Positions 37,802-47,808 are shown, counted from the first letter of the stretch. The stretch is 64,000 nt of DNA from an uncultured Caldilineales bacterium (GCA_964535455.1 CAZHTZ010000001.1:5015-69014), one strand, 5' to 3'. The notes: generated by a model not told the origin, from the sequence alone. Made by a program: numbers and translations.

Positions 37802-39502
37802 CTAGTTCTCCACCAGCGTGACCGTGAGGGCGCGATTCGTGCGGTTGCCGGCATTGTCGTAGATCTCGACGCCTACCAGGAAAGGACGATCCACGGGTGC
37901 TCCGGCGGCGTCCCAGGTCATCCGGTAGGGAGGCGTCGTCACTCTGCCAATGGCGCGCAAGATGCCCGTGGCGTCGGTGATGAAGGTGACCCTGGCAATG
38001 TCGGATCCCCCAGCGTTGTCCTGCGCCTCAACAGCCAGCGTGACTGGAGCCGCCACCGCGGCGTTGGGCGCTGGGCTATCAAAACGTCCCTCCGGCGGTG
38101 TCTTGTCACTCAGGGCCCGCACGGCAATGGGAGGATAGCGCGTCAGATAGTAGACGACATCATGCGGCGAATCGTAATCCCAGATATTGACATGCAGGTA
38201 GATGAAGTAGGAGCTGATGAGGACAAAGGTGACGGAGACCAAGGCGCCGAGCACCTTGGCTGCGGCGCTGCCGTTCCGGCCGGTGCGCGCCAGGGCGGCC
38301 TTCGCGTATTTCCAGAGCGTGGCCAGACCAAAGGCAAACCACAGATGGGACGAGATCAGACGGCGCATGCCAAACCCGTGTCCCGCCCACCAGTCGCGGG
38401 CCGCGGCGTTGATATACCACTGCGCCAGCACTGCGATCGTGAGGGGTAGGACGATGTCGAGAATCATGGCGCGTTCAGAACGGCGTATAAAGGCCAGCAG
38501 CACAATACCGGCCAGGCCTAGCAGCAGGACGGGCGCATGCGGAAAAAGACCATTGCGGCCACTGAAGAGGACATCCCAGAGATTCGGATCGGTCCACTGC
38601 ATCCAGGTCTCGCCTTGCGGGATCGCCCAGGCGCGGCCGTAAAGGTATTGGTTCTGCCAGACCAGGGGCACCAAAGCTACCAGAACACCTGCGGCCCAGG
38701 CCAGATAACGCCCGGCCACCCTGGAAACCGGTTCGTGCCTGGAAAAGACAGCGCGCAGTCCGAAGTAGCCTGCCACCAGCGCCACCGTGGCCAGGTTCTG
38801 CGTCCGCACCAGTCCGGCGAGCCCACCGGTGAGGCCCCAGAGGACAAAGGCTTGCCAGGAACCCCGGCGCTGTGCGCGCACCGCCATGTAGAAGAAGAGT
38901 ACCGTGACGAAGAAATCGTACACGTGGCTCATCGAGGGTTCCTGGAAGGTGTAGTAGGCCAGGTTGGTGGCCCAAAACACCAACAGGCTGGCGCCAAGCG
39001 CTGTACCCTCAGAGAACCACTGTCGCAAGAGGCGTGTCGCCAGCCACAACCCCAACGTGGCGTAGACGACCGCTGCAAACATCACCCCATACTGGAAGAA
39101 CAGGCTCCAGCCATCGCCCAGGGAGATGCTGGCGAGATGGAACCAGTTGAGCAGGCTGCCGATCGCATAGGCTCCACCGAAAAACGGCAGCCACAACAGG
39201 GCGGGGCCCAGCGTCCACACGTTGAGCGGTTTGCCCGTTTCCGTCAGGCGGTTGCCAAACCCGTAGGGGTCCATCCCCACCCGCATGTAGGGCGGTTGTA
39301 GTCGGGCGTAGTCGTTGGTCAAATCGATGTCGTGGTCGTAGGCCAGCGACACCAGGTAGTGATAGTAGTACTTGCCGTCGCTCTCGACCTTGTAGGGCCA
39401 GTTGCGGTAGGAGCCAGTGGCGAAAAAGAGAACGCTGGCAATGACAAAGCTGAGCAGCAGCGCTTTGCGCGTCATGGACAGGGAACGTTGAGAGCGCGCC
39501 AT
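37802..39502 (-). CDS. Large polytopic membrane protein (putative GT-C-like glycosyltransferase) with a C-terminal Ig-like domain.
   Basis: More than 10 TM segments and the C-terminal beta-rich segment PVTLAVEAQDNAGGSDIARVTFI...LTVTLVEN. Assignment is by architecture only. Confidence 0.6.
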   Translation of the reverse strand: MARSQRSLSMTRKALLLSFVIASVLFFATGSYRNWPYKVESDGKYYYHYLVSLAYDHDIDLTNDYARLQPPYMRVGMDPYGFGNRLTETGKPLNVWTLGPALLWLPFFGGAYAIGSLLNWFHLASISLGDGWSLFFQYGVMFAAVVYATLGLWLATRLLRQWFSEGTALGASLLVFWATNLAYYTFQEPSMSHVYDFFVTVLFFYMAVRAQRRGSWQAFVLWGLTGGLAGLVRTQNLATVALVAGYFGLRAVFSRHEPVSRVAGRYLAWAAGVLVALVPLVWQNQYLYGRAWAIPQGETWMQWTDPNLWDVLFSGRNGLFPHAPVLLLGLAGIVLLAFIRRSERAMILDIVLPLTIAVLAQWYINAAARDWWAGHGFGMRRLISSHLWFAFGLATLWKYAKAALARTGRNGSAAAKVLGALVSVTFVLISSYFIYLHVNIWDYDSPHDVVYYLTRYPPIAVRALSDKTPPEGRFDSPAPNAAVAAPVTLAVEAQDNAGGSDIARVTFITDATGILRAIGRVTTPPYRMTWDAAGAPVDRPFLVGVEIYDNAGNRTNRALTVTLVEN

Positions 39503-39942
39503 GCCTGCAACCCGGACCAGTGGGTGCCGGGCCAGTAGACGCGGTGGCAGCGACGGCAGCGCGCAAACTCCGTTTGCGTGGTGGCCACATAGGGCGGCAC
39601 CAAAGGAGACGCCTCGACCAGATCAAGTGGTTCCAGGTCGCCGTTGCAGACGGTACAGCGAGACGGGCCAGCGGGCACACCGAGCGCCGCCATCACGGCC
39701 TCCACCTGAACGGTGAGCTCGGCAGTGGGCAGATACAAGCTGCGCAACCCTCGCCGGCCTGCCAGCCCCCGGTCATTCGTGATCAGCACGCGGCCCTCCT
39801 CCTGGGCAATTTGCATCATCACCTCGTCGGGCAGATCGCTGCGGTACTCGGCGTCGTAACCCAGCCAGCGCAAACGACGAGCCAGGTTGCCCAGCATAGC
39901 ATCGATGAGAAGCGGTGGGGCTTTTGCCGCGGATTCAGGCAT
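39472..39942 (-). CDS. Mut7-C RNase domain (DUF82) protein.
   Basis: LLIDAMLGNLARRLRWLGYD...VLITNDRGL plus a C-terminal Cys4 zinc ribbon (CTVCNG...CRRCHRVYW). Confidence 0.75.
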   Translation of the reverse strand: MPESAAKAPPLLIDAMLGNLARRLRWLGYDAEYRSDLPDEVMMQIAQEEGRVLITNDRGLAGRRGLRSLYLPTAELTVQVEAVMAALGVPAGPSRCTVCNGDLEPLDLVEASPLVPPYVATTQTEFARCRRCHRVYWPGTHWSGLQAWRALNVPCP

Positions 39943-40031
39943 TTGGTATGATCGCCCAGCCTGCAAGCAGGCAATAGCGGCTTGCGAACGGTTCAGCTCC
40001 CCATCCTAACCGCGAACCCGTCCAAAACAAA

Positions 40032-41447
40032 TTGACCATGACAGAGACTGAAGTCATTCCCATGTGGCGCTTGCTGGCGCCTTCCCTTGCCATGCTGGTG
40101 CCTTTGGGTTTGGCGCTGGTCGCGCTGGCGGCGTTGCCGGAACGGGAAGCCAGACAGGCGGCGCTGGCGCCGTTGGCAGCCTTCGCCCTGGGTGTATTGG
40201 GCTACGTGGCCACAGGGTTCGCCTTGCACTACGGCGGCATCGGCCTCGTCGTCGATCACCCTGATCTCGGCAAGCTCATCTGGGAATGGTCGGCGCTTAG
40301 CGAAGATTGGGGCGCCACCTGGGGGATGGCCGGCCTGGCGGGCTTTGGCGGCATCACCCGCCAGCCGCCGTTGGCGTCACTGCTGCTGTTCAGCGCCCTG
40401 GCCGCCGTGACCGCCGCCACGCTGCTGCCGACCCTGGCGCTGCGCGGCCGGGCGCCCGCCGTGGTCGTGGCCCTGTTCGGCCTGTTGACGGCTGCCATCG
40501 GCTACCCGCTCGTCGGTAACTGGGTGCAAGGCGGGGGGTGGCTGGCCAACCTGGGCTTCAACATCGGGGCCGGTCATGGTTTCGTTGATTTCGGCAGCAG
40601 CTCTCTGTTCGTGCTCGGCGGAGGCGTGGCGCTGGCGGGCATGTTGATCTTCCTGGACCGTCGTCCCAAGGACGAAGGACCGGCAGCGCTGCCGCCGATC
40701 CATCTGCCGCTGCTGGCGGTGGCCGGCGCCGGGCTGGTGCTGGCCGGTTCCACAGGTTGGCTGCTGGCCTGGCCGCTCACCGATTGGGGCCACATCTCGG
40801 CCGTGGACGCCAGCCTGAACGTACTCTTGGCGGCGGCGGGCGGCGGATTGGCGCCCCTTACCTATACCTGGTTCGTGGCCGGACACCCTGACCCCCTGCA
40901 AGGCGCCCGTGGCGTCGTCGGTGGTTGGGTGGCCGGACTGGCGGCGGCGCCGTTCATGACGCCGGGTGCGGCGCTGCTGGTGGGCTTGGTCGCCGGTCTG
41001 CTTGTACTGCTGGTCGGCTACCTGCTGGATCGCGTGCTGCGGTTGCAGGACAAGGGCGGCGTCCTCTCCATGCTGGCCGTACCGGCGGTGGTCGGGCTGC
41101 TGGCGGTGGGTCTGGTGGCGGATGGCGCCGCCGGGATGGGATACAATGGCGTGGGCGCCGCTTCCTACCTGACCATAGCAGGACAGGGAGTCACGGGCAG
41201 GTGGTTGCTAGGCGAGGGCTTCGCCATGGACTGGCCGGGGCAACTGCTGGCGCAAGCCATCGGTGTGGCCGTGATCTTCCTGGCGGCCTTCCTGGTGACG
41301 TCCGTGCTAGCGGCGCCGCTGGCGCTCCTCGCCCGGGCCTGGGGTCGAGTCCGCAGCGCCGAGCCGGAGCAGGAAAGCGGCGAGACAGTGACTCTCCCAG
41401 ACGAGGGAGAAACCGGCCAACCGGCCTCAGAAGAAGCGACAGTCTAA
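40032..41447 (+). CDS. Amt/MEP-like membrane protein (divergent ammonium-transporter family).
   Basis: GFVDFGSSSLFVLGGGVALAGMLIFLDRRP aligns to the AmtB G-x-DFAGG-VVH region. The His of the twin-His pair is replaced by Leu. About 11 TM segments. Confidence 0.55.
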   Translation: MTMTETEVIPMWRLLAPSLAMLVPLGLALVALAALPEREARQAALAPLAAFALGVLGYVATGFALHYGGIGLVVDHPDLGKLIWEWSALSEDWGATWGMAGLAGFGGITRQPPLASLLLFSALAAVTAATLLPTLALRGRAPAVVVALFGLLTAAIGYPLVGNWVQGGGWLANLGFNIGAGHGFVDFGSSSLFVLGGGVALAGMLIFLDRRPKDEGPAALPPIHLPLLAVAGAGLVLAGSTGWLLAWPLTDWGHISAVDASLNVLLAAAGGGLAPLTYTWFVAGHPDPLQGARGVVGGWVAGLAAAPFMTPGAALLVGLVAGLLVLLVGYLLDRVLRLQDKGGVLSMLAVPAVVGLLAVGLVADGAAGMGYNGVGAASYLTIAGQGVTGRWLLGEGFAMDWPGQLLAQAIGVAVIFLAAFLVTSVLAAPLALLARAWGRVRSAEPEQESGETVTLPDEGETGQPASEEATV

Positions 41448-41537
41448 GTTGGTTTCGGGCCTGAGCAATTGCCAGCCTGTTGCTCAGAGCCGGCGGCGCC
41501 ACCGGCCACTACCACGAGTGGACACCGGGATGCGGTA

Positions 41538-42125
41538 TCAGGTCTTCCCGGTCAGAGCGGCCTCGGCCAGCGCCGTGTAGATGGACCCCTGGGGTTCGAG
41601 CTCGCTGCGGATCAGGTGAATGCGGTCGATGGCGATCGCGCCCAAACTGGCAGGCAAGATCACCGTGGGCAGTGTCTCCCCCAACGCCCGGCGCTGGTCG
41701 GCCGCGGCGTCGCGCTGCACCCGCGCCAGCGTCAGGTGGGCGGTGAAGGGCCGGTGTTCCGATTCCCAGCCGAGCGCCGCCGTCGCCTGATCGACGCTGG
41801 CGGCGAGTCGGGCCAATCTCCCATCGGGGTCCTGAACGCCCACCCAGAGAACGTTGGCCTTGCGAGGGTTGGGGAAGCAGCCGAAGCCGCCCACGGTCAC
41901 GGTGAAGGGCCGGTGAGGCGTCACAGCCTGGCGCAGAGCGGTGGTAATGGCCTCGACCCGCTTGGGATCGGTGTCACCCAGGAACTTGAGTGTGATGTGG
42001 ATGCCCTCAGGCCGCGTCCAACTCAGCGGTGCACTCGCCAGGCGGCGCTTGAGCTGGTTCTGAGTGTCACGCAGGGCCAGCACGATTTCAGGGGGAAGGT
42101 TGGCAGCGATGAAAAGGCGGAGCAT
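41538..42125 (-). CDS. thpR: RNA 2',3'-cyclic phosphodiesterase / 2'-5' RNA ligase (2H family).
   Basis: Two H-x-T/S-x motifs, HITLKFLG and HLTLARV. Confidence 0.8.
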   Translation of the reverse strand: MLRLFIAANLPPEIVLALRDTQNQLKRRLASAPLSWTRPEGIHITLKFLGDTDPKRVEAITTALRQAVTPHRPFTVTVGGFGCFPNPRKANVLWVGVQDPDGRLARLAASVDQATAALGWESEHRPFTAHLTLARVQRDAAADQRRALGETLPTVILPASLGAIAIDRIHLIRSELEPQGSIYTALAEAALTGKT

Positions 42126-42175
42126 GAGAAACGAGAGGTAAGAGACGAGAGACGAAGGGCTTGATAGTGAAGATG

Positions 42176-42979
42176 TCAACACAGGAGTTGAAGCAGGTGG
42201 TCCCGAGAGAGAAGGTCCAAACGTTCCTCGGCTTCCAGAAAAGGCTGGACGTCAGTCATAACCCGATCCCAGGTCGCATCCTGCAATCGGGCTCGCACAA
42301 GAGCACGCCAGGAAGTCGGGATAAGGGTTTCGCCTTGCCAGCCGGTTTGTTGTAGAGCGTTGTTCAAAAGCGCCAGGTTGGGTTCGGGCCAGTCTGGATC
42401 GCCGAGATACCAGAGAAGGTCGTAAACATCGCGACCCTTGAGGAAAGAGCGCGACAGTACAGCATGAAGCTTCCCAGCGAAGAGCGACGTCTTGTCATGA
42501 TGTTGCAGATGAAGAGTGACATGACGCCGAATGAGAGTCGTTGCCAGTATCGCACCTGCCGGTGGATTGGTGTCGACCTCGATCTTGACCGATAGGACTT
42601 CGGCGCGCTGCGGTGAAAGACCTAGCTCATAGAGCAGTCCCGGAAACCGCACGAAAGCGCTATGGACGACCTTGCGATCGCTGACTGAAATAGCGACATC
42701 ATAGCCTTCGGCGGTGAAATTGCTGTGAATGGTGCGAAGATAACGGTGGAAATCGTAGCTATCACGAGCCTGCTCAAGCGTGAAGTCAAGGTCTTCCGAA
42801 TAGCGCGGGAGGTGGTACAGAAAGCGTAGTGCTGTCCCCCCCTGAAATGCCAACGGGATCATGGCGCCAGCATGCTGCAGTGATGCCAGGATGCGTGCCT
42901 GCAGGTACTCACGTGTGAGATTGCGGCCGGCCAAGGGAGTGGTGCTGCCTGCAACAATTGCGGCCAGATATTCCTTCAC
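42176..42979 (-). CDS. AbiEii/AbiGii-family nucleotidyltransferase toxin (type IV TA).
   Basis: AFQGGTALRFLYHLPRYSEDLDF matches the DUF1814/AbiEii signature. GC is lower than in flanking genes. Confidence 0.8.
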   Translation of the reverse strand: MKEYLAAIVAGSTTPLAGRNLTREYLQARILASLQHAGAMIPLAFQGGTALRFLYHLPRYSEDLDFTLEQARDSYDFHRYLRTIHSNFTAEGYDVAISVSDRKVVHSAFVRFPGLLYELGLSPQRAEVLSVKIEVDTNPPAGAILATTLIRRHVTLHLQHHDKTSLFAGKLHAVLSRSFLKGRDVYDLLWYLGDPDWPEPNLALLNNALQQTGWQGETLIPTSWRALVRARLQDATWDRVMTDVQPFLEAEERLDLLSRDHLLQLLC

Positions 42980-43617
42980 AGCGGCAAGTAGGCCTCAGCT
43001 TCGGCGGCAGCGAGGTTGATCACGATGGACGTAGCCTTCTGGAGTCTAGCGACACCGCTGCGTTCGGCCATCCAATGGAGCCGCTCGCAGTCCAGACGTT
43101 CGAGGTTCTGCAGGCGCAACTCGTTGAGATAAGCAGCGCTACCGCCATCGGGTTGGAGATAGACGAGATCGAGCAGTGATTTTTCTGGCGTGGCGAGGAA
43201 GGCATGTTGTCTGGGAGCAACCTCGCTCCACTCATAACCCCAGAACAAAGACGACTTGAGGTGTCGAAAGAGGAAATCACCTAATGGGGTACGATGCAAC
43301 GCTGGACGCACATTGCCCACACTGGTGACCACGGGAACGTACTCAGGAATCAGCCCATAGTATGCCAGCGCTGCCTGCAAGCTCACATAGGAACCAGGCT
43401 CCAAGAGGTTAGCAACGAGGAAAGGATGCGGCTCGACCTTGCGGTATGGTGGCGCTAGAGCATACAGTCCTCTGCGCAGTTGTTGAATGCGACCGGCGGT
43501 CGTCCAACGTGAGAGTTGGCGCCGGACGTCAGCCGGATTGACGCCGCCCACCAGGAGCAAACCGGTCTCAAAGAGTGGTTCGTCGCCGACAAGATCGACA
43601 AGGTCCCTGAATCTCAT
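42976..43617 (-). CDS. AbiEi-family antitoxin/transcriptional regulator.
   Basis: It lies immediately upstream of AbiEii with a 4-nt overlap. The N-terminal wHTH-like region is MRFRDLVDLVGDEPLFETGLLLVGG. Confidence 0.75.
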   Translation of the reverse strand: MRFRDLVDLVGDEPLFETGLLLVGGVNPADVRRQLSRWTTAGRIQQLRRGLYALAPPYRKVEPHPFLVANLLEPGSYVSLQAALAYYGLIPEYVPVVTSVGNVRPALHRTPLGDFLFRHLKSSLFWGYEWSEVAPRQHAFLATPEKSLLDLVYLQPDGGSAAYLNELRLQNLERLDCERLHWMAERSGVARLQKATSIVINLAAAEAEAYLPL

Positions 43618-43704
43618 TGCAACAATATGCCATAGTTGGCAAGTTACTGCAATAGCCAAGTGCGTGATCAAGTGCGACGCACCTTGAAGGTGCGTCGCAC
43701 TTGA

Positions 43705-45063
43705 TCACGCCAGGTAGGGGCCTGGGTCGATGTGCGGCAAGGGAACGCGTTGGAAATGGTCGGGATGGCTGGGGCCGGTGGGGGTGTCCCAGGGGATGGT
43801 GGCGTCCAACCCCATCTTATCACTACGCGATTTCTGGCCCGGTGCGCGTGTTGCCGAGGGGTCGAGCGAGCTGGAGGGCTGATCCCGGAAGAGGTGCAGA
43901 CCGCGGCCGGCCTGGAAGCGGGTGGCGATGGCCCACTCCACCGCGGCCGGGCTGAAGAGGTCGATGTCCTTGTCGACGATGACCACGTGCTTGAGCGAGC
44001 CATGCCCGCGGAAGGCGGCTTCGATGGCTTTGACGCCGTCGTCGGGGCGCTGCTTGTCGATCTGGACGACGGCGTGCAGCCAGGAGGCGCCGCCGGGTGT
44101 GATGTTCACGTTCAGGCAGTGGGCGACCTCGTTGACCGCGGCGTACATGGTCGGCTCCTTGGGCATGCCCATCAGCAGCTTGTGCTCGAGCTGGCCGGGG
44201 AGCAGGGCGTGATAGATGGCATCGCGGCGGTGGGTGATGCAGTCGATGGCGATGACCGGCTGCTGGCGCTCGATGTCGATGGTCTCGGTCAGATCGACAA
44301 AGGGACCCTCGGTCACCAACGAGTGGGTGAGACGGCCTTCCAGCACGAACTCCGCCTCGGCGGGGACGAGCAAATCGTTGGTCAAACAACGCACGAGCGG
44401 CGTGGGTTGCAGGGCATGGGCAATGTCCAACTCGCTGACACCGGGGGCCGGGGCCATGCTCGCGGCCAGGAGCACGTGCAGCGGCAGCCCGATGCAGATG
44501 GCGACAGGTAGATCGCCCTGTGTCTTGCGCCAGGCGCTGTCGGCGCCCCGGCGCTCGACCAGGCGGGCAGCGCAGCGATGGGCGTCGAGCCGCAGAAGTC
44601 GATGGAACGAGGCATTGAGGCCGGTGTCAGGGTCGCTGATGAGGACAATGGCGGCAGTGGCGTAGGGTCCGGCGTCATCCGGCCAGTGCTTGAGGAAAGG
44701 AAGCGTAGTCAGGTCGCCTGGCTGCTCCACGACCTCCTGGCAGGGGCCGGTTGCCACCACCGGCGCCGGCCGGGGCCGCTGAAAAGCAGCGGCGAGACGG
44801 AAGAGGATCTGGTCGGGCGCACAGTCCAGGGCCAGGCCGAAGTGGCGGCGGTCGGCCGCCATGCCGGAAAGCACCCGGTAGGCGTAGGGGTGACCTTGAC
44901 CTCCATCTGGCTGTTCCCTTCCCACCACGTGGTTGAACAGCACCGGTTTGCCGTCAAGGGCATAAGCCACCGCGGCCAGTTCCAGAACGGAACGGACCGG
45001 CTTGTCGATGCTGAGGAGCCAACCGCGTTCGGCGGCAACAGAAATAAACGTTGGCAGGTTCAT
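43705..45063 (-). CDS. UbiD-family decarboxylase.
   Basis: UbiD architecture, for example ...VVATGPCQEVV...AICIGLPLHVLLAASM...FVDLTE. Confidence 0.8.
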   Translation of the reverse strand: MNLPTFISVAAERGWLLSIDKPVRSVLELAAVAYALDGKPVLFNHVVGREQPDGGQGHPYAYRVLSGMAADRRHFGLALDCAPDQILFRLAAAFQRPRPAPVVATGPCQEVVEQPGDLTTLPFLKHWPDDAGPYATAAIVLISDPDTGLNASFHRLLRLDAHRCAARLVERRGADSAWRKTQGDLPVAICIGLPLHVLLAASMAPAPGVSELDIAHALQPTPLVRCLTNDLLVPAEAEFVLEGRLTHSLVTEGPFVDLTETIDIERQQPVIAIDCITHRRDAIYHALLPGQLEHKLLMGMPKEPTMYAAVNEVAHCLNVNITPGGASWLHAVVQIDKQRPDDGVKAIEAAFRGHGSLKHVVIVDKDIDLFSPAAVEWAIATRFQAGRGLHLFRDQPSSSLDPSATRAPGQKSRSDKMGLDATIPWDTPTGPSHPDHFQRVPLPHIDPGPYLA

Positions 45064-45076
45064 GGCGCTTGTTGTT

Positions 45077-45508
45077 TCAACCCGCGAGCAGCAATCGCAA
45101 CAGCAGGAGGAAGTCGCCGGGCTTCGTAATCCGAATACCCTGGTAATCACCCAACTTGAGCAAGTGGGCGTCACCTGTCACTATCAGGTCGGCGCCCGCA
45201 GCGACAGCGCACTCCACATACCGGTCATCGTCTGGATCATCGGCCATAACCTGAACACGCAAAGTAGGCTCGATCAGGGTTGCTTCCTCGCTTAACAGAT
45301 GGACGAATTCCTCGATCTGGGCGTCGTCCAGACGGTATCGTTCTTGAATCCTGGGATAGTGTGCAACCCGAGCGATTTCATCCAGGACCGCAGGCGACAG
45401 CACCAGCTCGTAGACACCTTGCTTCCAGAAATCCAACACCTGAGCCATCGCCCCTTGGGGTGTAATCAAGGCGCTGATGACCACATTGGCATCCAGCACC
45501 ACCCGCAT
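45077..45508 (-). CDS. PIN-domain toxin (VapC-like).
   Basis: MRVVLDANVVISALI...IVTGDAHLL has the conserved PIN acidic residues. Confidence 0.8.
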   Translation of the reverse strand: MRVVLDANVVISALITPQGAMAQVLDFWKQGVYELVLSPAVLDEIARVAHYPRIQERYRLDDAQIEEFVHLLSEEATLIEPTLRVQVMADDPDDDRYVECAVAAGADLIVTGDAHLLKLGDYQGIRITKPGDFLLLLRLLLAG

Positions 45509-45510
45509 CG

Positions 45511-45798
45511 TCAGGCCGCCCTGGTGTGTTGGCGGATGGCCTGCTGGGCATCAAGCACATCGGTGAAAACCTGGTCCGGATCGGCGTCCGCGTTCTGCGC
45601 CCGCGTTTCCTCGATAAGGTCAAACAGCCGCTGCCTTCGTGCTTTCCACTGTTCGTAGATTTCGACAGGAACGATAGCTGCCACCGGCTTGCCCTGCTTC
45701 TCGATCACGTAGCTGCTGTTGCGATACATGACCTCGTTCACGATTTCTGAGAACTGGCGCCGTGCTTCCGTGAGTGCGATTGTCTTGTCCATAGTCAC
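45511..45798 (-). CDS. Phd/YefM-family antitoxin.
   Basis: MDKTIALTEARRQFSEIVNEV...YVIEKQGKPVAAIVPVEIYE. Its stop lies 3 nt from the PIN start. The start codon may be GTG. Confidence 0.75.
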   Translation of the reverse strand: MTMDKTIALTEARRQFSEIVNEVMYRNSSYVIEKQGKPVAAIVPVEIYEQWKARRQRLFDLIEETRAQNADADPDQVFTDVLDAQQAIRQHTRAA

Positions 45799-45894
45799 GA
45801 TCTCCAGATGACAAATCTGTACAGAAATAACACTTGTGACAGATTAACACACTCACCCAGTGCGGTCAAACCACACTTCCACAGGGTATCGGCC

Positions 45895-46668
45895 TCAACC
45901 CCGGATGAGAGCGAGCACTTCCGGCAGCAGGGCCTGCGTGGTCGCCAGCGCCTCACCGCCGTAGATGGTGCGGTTGCCCGCCCAGTCGCCAAAATAGCCG
46001 CCTGCTTCGGCCAGGATCGGCGGAAAAGGACCGCAATCCCAGGCGTTCATCACCGGGTCCAGCATGATCTCCAGCCGGCCCGTCGCCACCAGGGCATGGC
46101 CGTAGGCGTCGCTCCAGCCGGCGCGGTAGTAAGTGACCTGCTGCAAGCGCGCCCAGGCATCGCCGCGGTTGTGCCTGGCGAAGCTCGATGCGTCGGCATG
46201 TCCGACGAAAGCCCGGTCCAGGCGGGTGGTCTCAGACACCCGGGCGCGGCGGCCGTTCCACCAGCAGCCCAGGCCGGTAGCGGCGGCGATCATGTCGTCC
46301 AGCGCCGGGAAGTAGGCGACGCCGACCTCGACCTTGCCCTCGATCTCCAGACCCAACAGCACGCCGTACAGCGGCACCCCGCGAATGAAGGACTTGGTGC
46401 CGTCGATGGGATCCACGAACCAGCGATGGGTGGCGTTCGCGGTCTCCTTGCGGCCATATTCCTCGCCGACGATGGCATGGCCGGAGTACTGCCGCTCGAT
46501 GCGCTGGCGGATGAGCTCCTCCGCCTGGCGGTCGGCGACCGTGACCGGGGAGTCATCGGGTTTGAAGTCGGGGCGAACCCCGGTCTGGAAGTGCGCCAGG
46601 GTCAGGCGGCCGGCTTCGTGAGCGGTGGCGACGGCAAAGTCAAGATAGGGTTGCAGCGAAAACGACAT
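45895..46668 (-). CDS. Inositol monophosphatase / HisN-like phosphatase family protein.
   Basis: IMPase motifs WFVDPIDGTKSF and WDCGP. Confidence 0.8.
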   Translation of the reverse strand: MSFSLQPYLDFAVATAHEAGRLTLAHFQTGVRPDFKPDDSPVTVADRQAEELIRQRIERQYSGHAIVGEEYGRKETANATHRWFVDPIDGTKSFIRGVPLYGVLLGLEIEGKVEVGVAYFPALDDMIAAATGLGCWWNGRRARVSETTRLDRAFVGHADASSFARHNRGDAWARLQQVTYYRAGWSDAYGHALVATGRLEIMLDPVMNAWDCGPFPPILAEAGGYFGDWAGNRTIYGGEALATTQALLPEVLALIRG

Positions 46669-46796
46669 GAGTGACTCCGGAGCAAGGGGCGAATCCCGGT
46701 CGCGTCATCGATTTCGCGTATTCTTCGTGACGCGGGCTCGTCAGAAACAAGAGACCCCACCGGGCGGCGGGGTCTGAAAAGATCAAAAAGGAGTCG

Positions 46797-47030
46797 TCAG
46801 GAAACGGGTTCAGGCGGGACGGCCGGCAGAGCGTCCACCGCCATCGCCTGCCAGCGCGTGCCCTCGTCGATCAGCATGATGGGGATGTCATCGCGGATGG
46901 GGTATTTGCGGCTGCACGTGCGGCACACCAACCAGACCCCGTTGGTGAGGTCAAGCTTACCGCCGTCGTCTGCCTCGCGCACACAGACGGGACAACGCAG
47001 GATTTCCAGCAGGTCAGGAGAAACAGCCAT
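46797..47030 (-). CDS. Trm112-family small zinc-ribbon-like protein (DUF343).
   Basis: LLEILRCPVC...LVCRTCSRKYPIRDDIPIML. Confidence 0.7.
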   Translation of the reverse strand: MAVSPDLLEILRCPVCVREADDGGKLDLTNGVWLVCRTCSRKYPIRDDIPIMLIDEGTRWQAMAVDALPAVPPEPVS

Positions 47031-47067
47031 GGCAGTGGGTCCTTTCGATACGGGGTGTCATCTGCAC

Positions 47068-47736
47068 CTAGGCCAGCGGCTCCACACAGGCAGGTACGTC
47101 GTTGGCGGCGTTGTTGACCACCGTGCTGACAGGGTAGGTGATCATTGCTTCCGCGGGGTAGGGGTGCAGGAGATGGAGAAGGTAATCGACGTGGGTGTTC
47201 GAGTCCAACCAGGTGGTGTAGTCAGCAGGGTCGAGGATCACAGGCATGCGGTCGTGCAGAGGCCGGACCAGAATGTTGGCCGCCGTTGTCAGAATAGTGC
47301 AGCTATCGAGGATGCTGCCGTCTGCCCCCTCCCAGTGTTCCCACAGCCCGGCAAAGGCAAAGGGCCGGCGGTCCTGGAGGCCGATGAAGAAGGGCTGCTT
47401 GCGTCCCTCTTGCTTCTGCCACTCGAAGAAGCCATCAGCCGGGATCAGGCAGCGACGGCGCTTGAAAGCCGTGCGGAAAGAAGGCTTCGCGGTGACGGTC
47501 TCAGAGCGGGCGTTGATCAGACTGTTGCCGATGGCGGGGTCTTTGGCCCAGGAAGGGATGAGACCCCAGCGCATGAGCGCCAGCTCGCGGCCCACACCCT
47601 CCCGCGTGGTGCGCACGGTGAGCACGGCCTGCGTCGGAGCGATGTTGTAGCGCGGAACCAGGTTCGGAACCCTGTCGAGGTCGAACAGCGTCGCCAGGTT
47701 CGCGGTAGGGGTGGTGAGGGTGAATCGCCCGCACAT
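47068..47736 (-). CDS. SOS-response-associated peptidase (SRAP/YedK), abasic-site processing protein.
   Basis: MCGRFTL with N-terminal catalytic Cys2, plus RWGLIPSW and ADGFFEW. Confidence 0.85.
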   Translation of the reverse strand: MCGRFTLTTPTANLATLFDLDRVPNLVPRYNIAPTQAVLTVRTTREGVGRELALMRWGLIPSWAKDPAIGNSLINARSETVTAKPSFRTAFKRRRCLIPADGFFEWQKQEGRKQPFFIGLQDRRPFAFAGLWEHWEGADGSILDSCTILTTAANILVRPLHDRMPVILDPADYTTWLDSNTHVDYLLHLLHPYPAEAMITYPVSTVVNNAANDVPACVEPLA

Positions 47737-47808
47737 AAGAAGTCAAACGCCTGGGGTCAGAAGGGCTGCAAGAGCAGCGCACCGAACGGGATGCAGCCCA
47801 AGGAGGCG

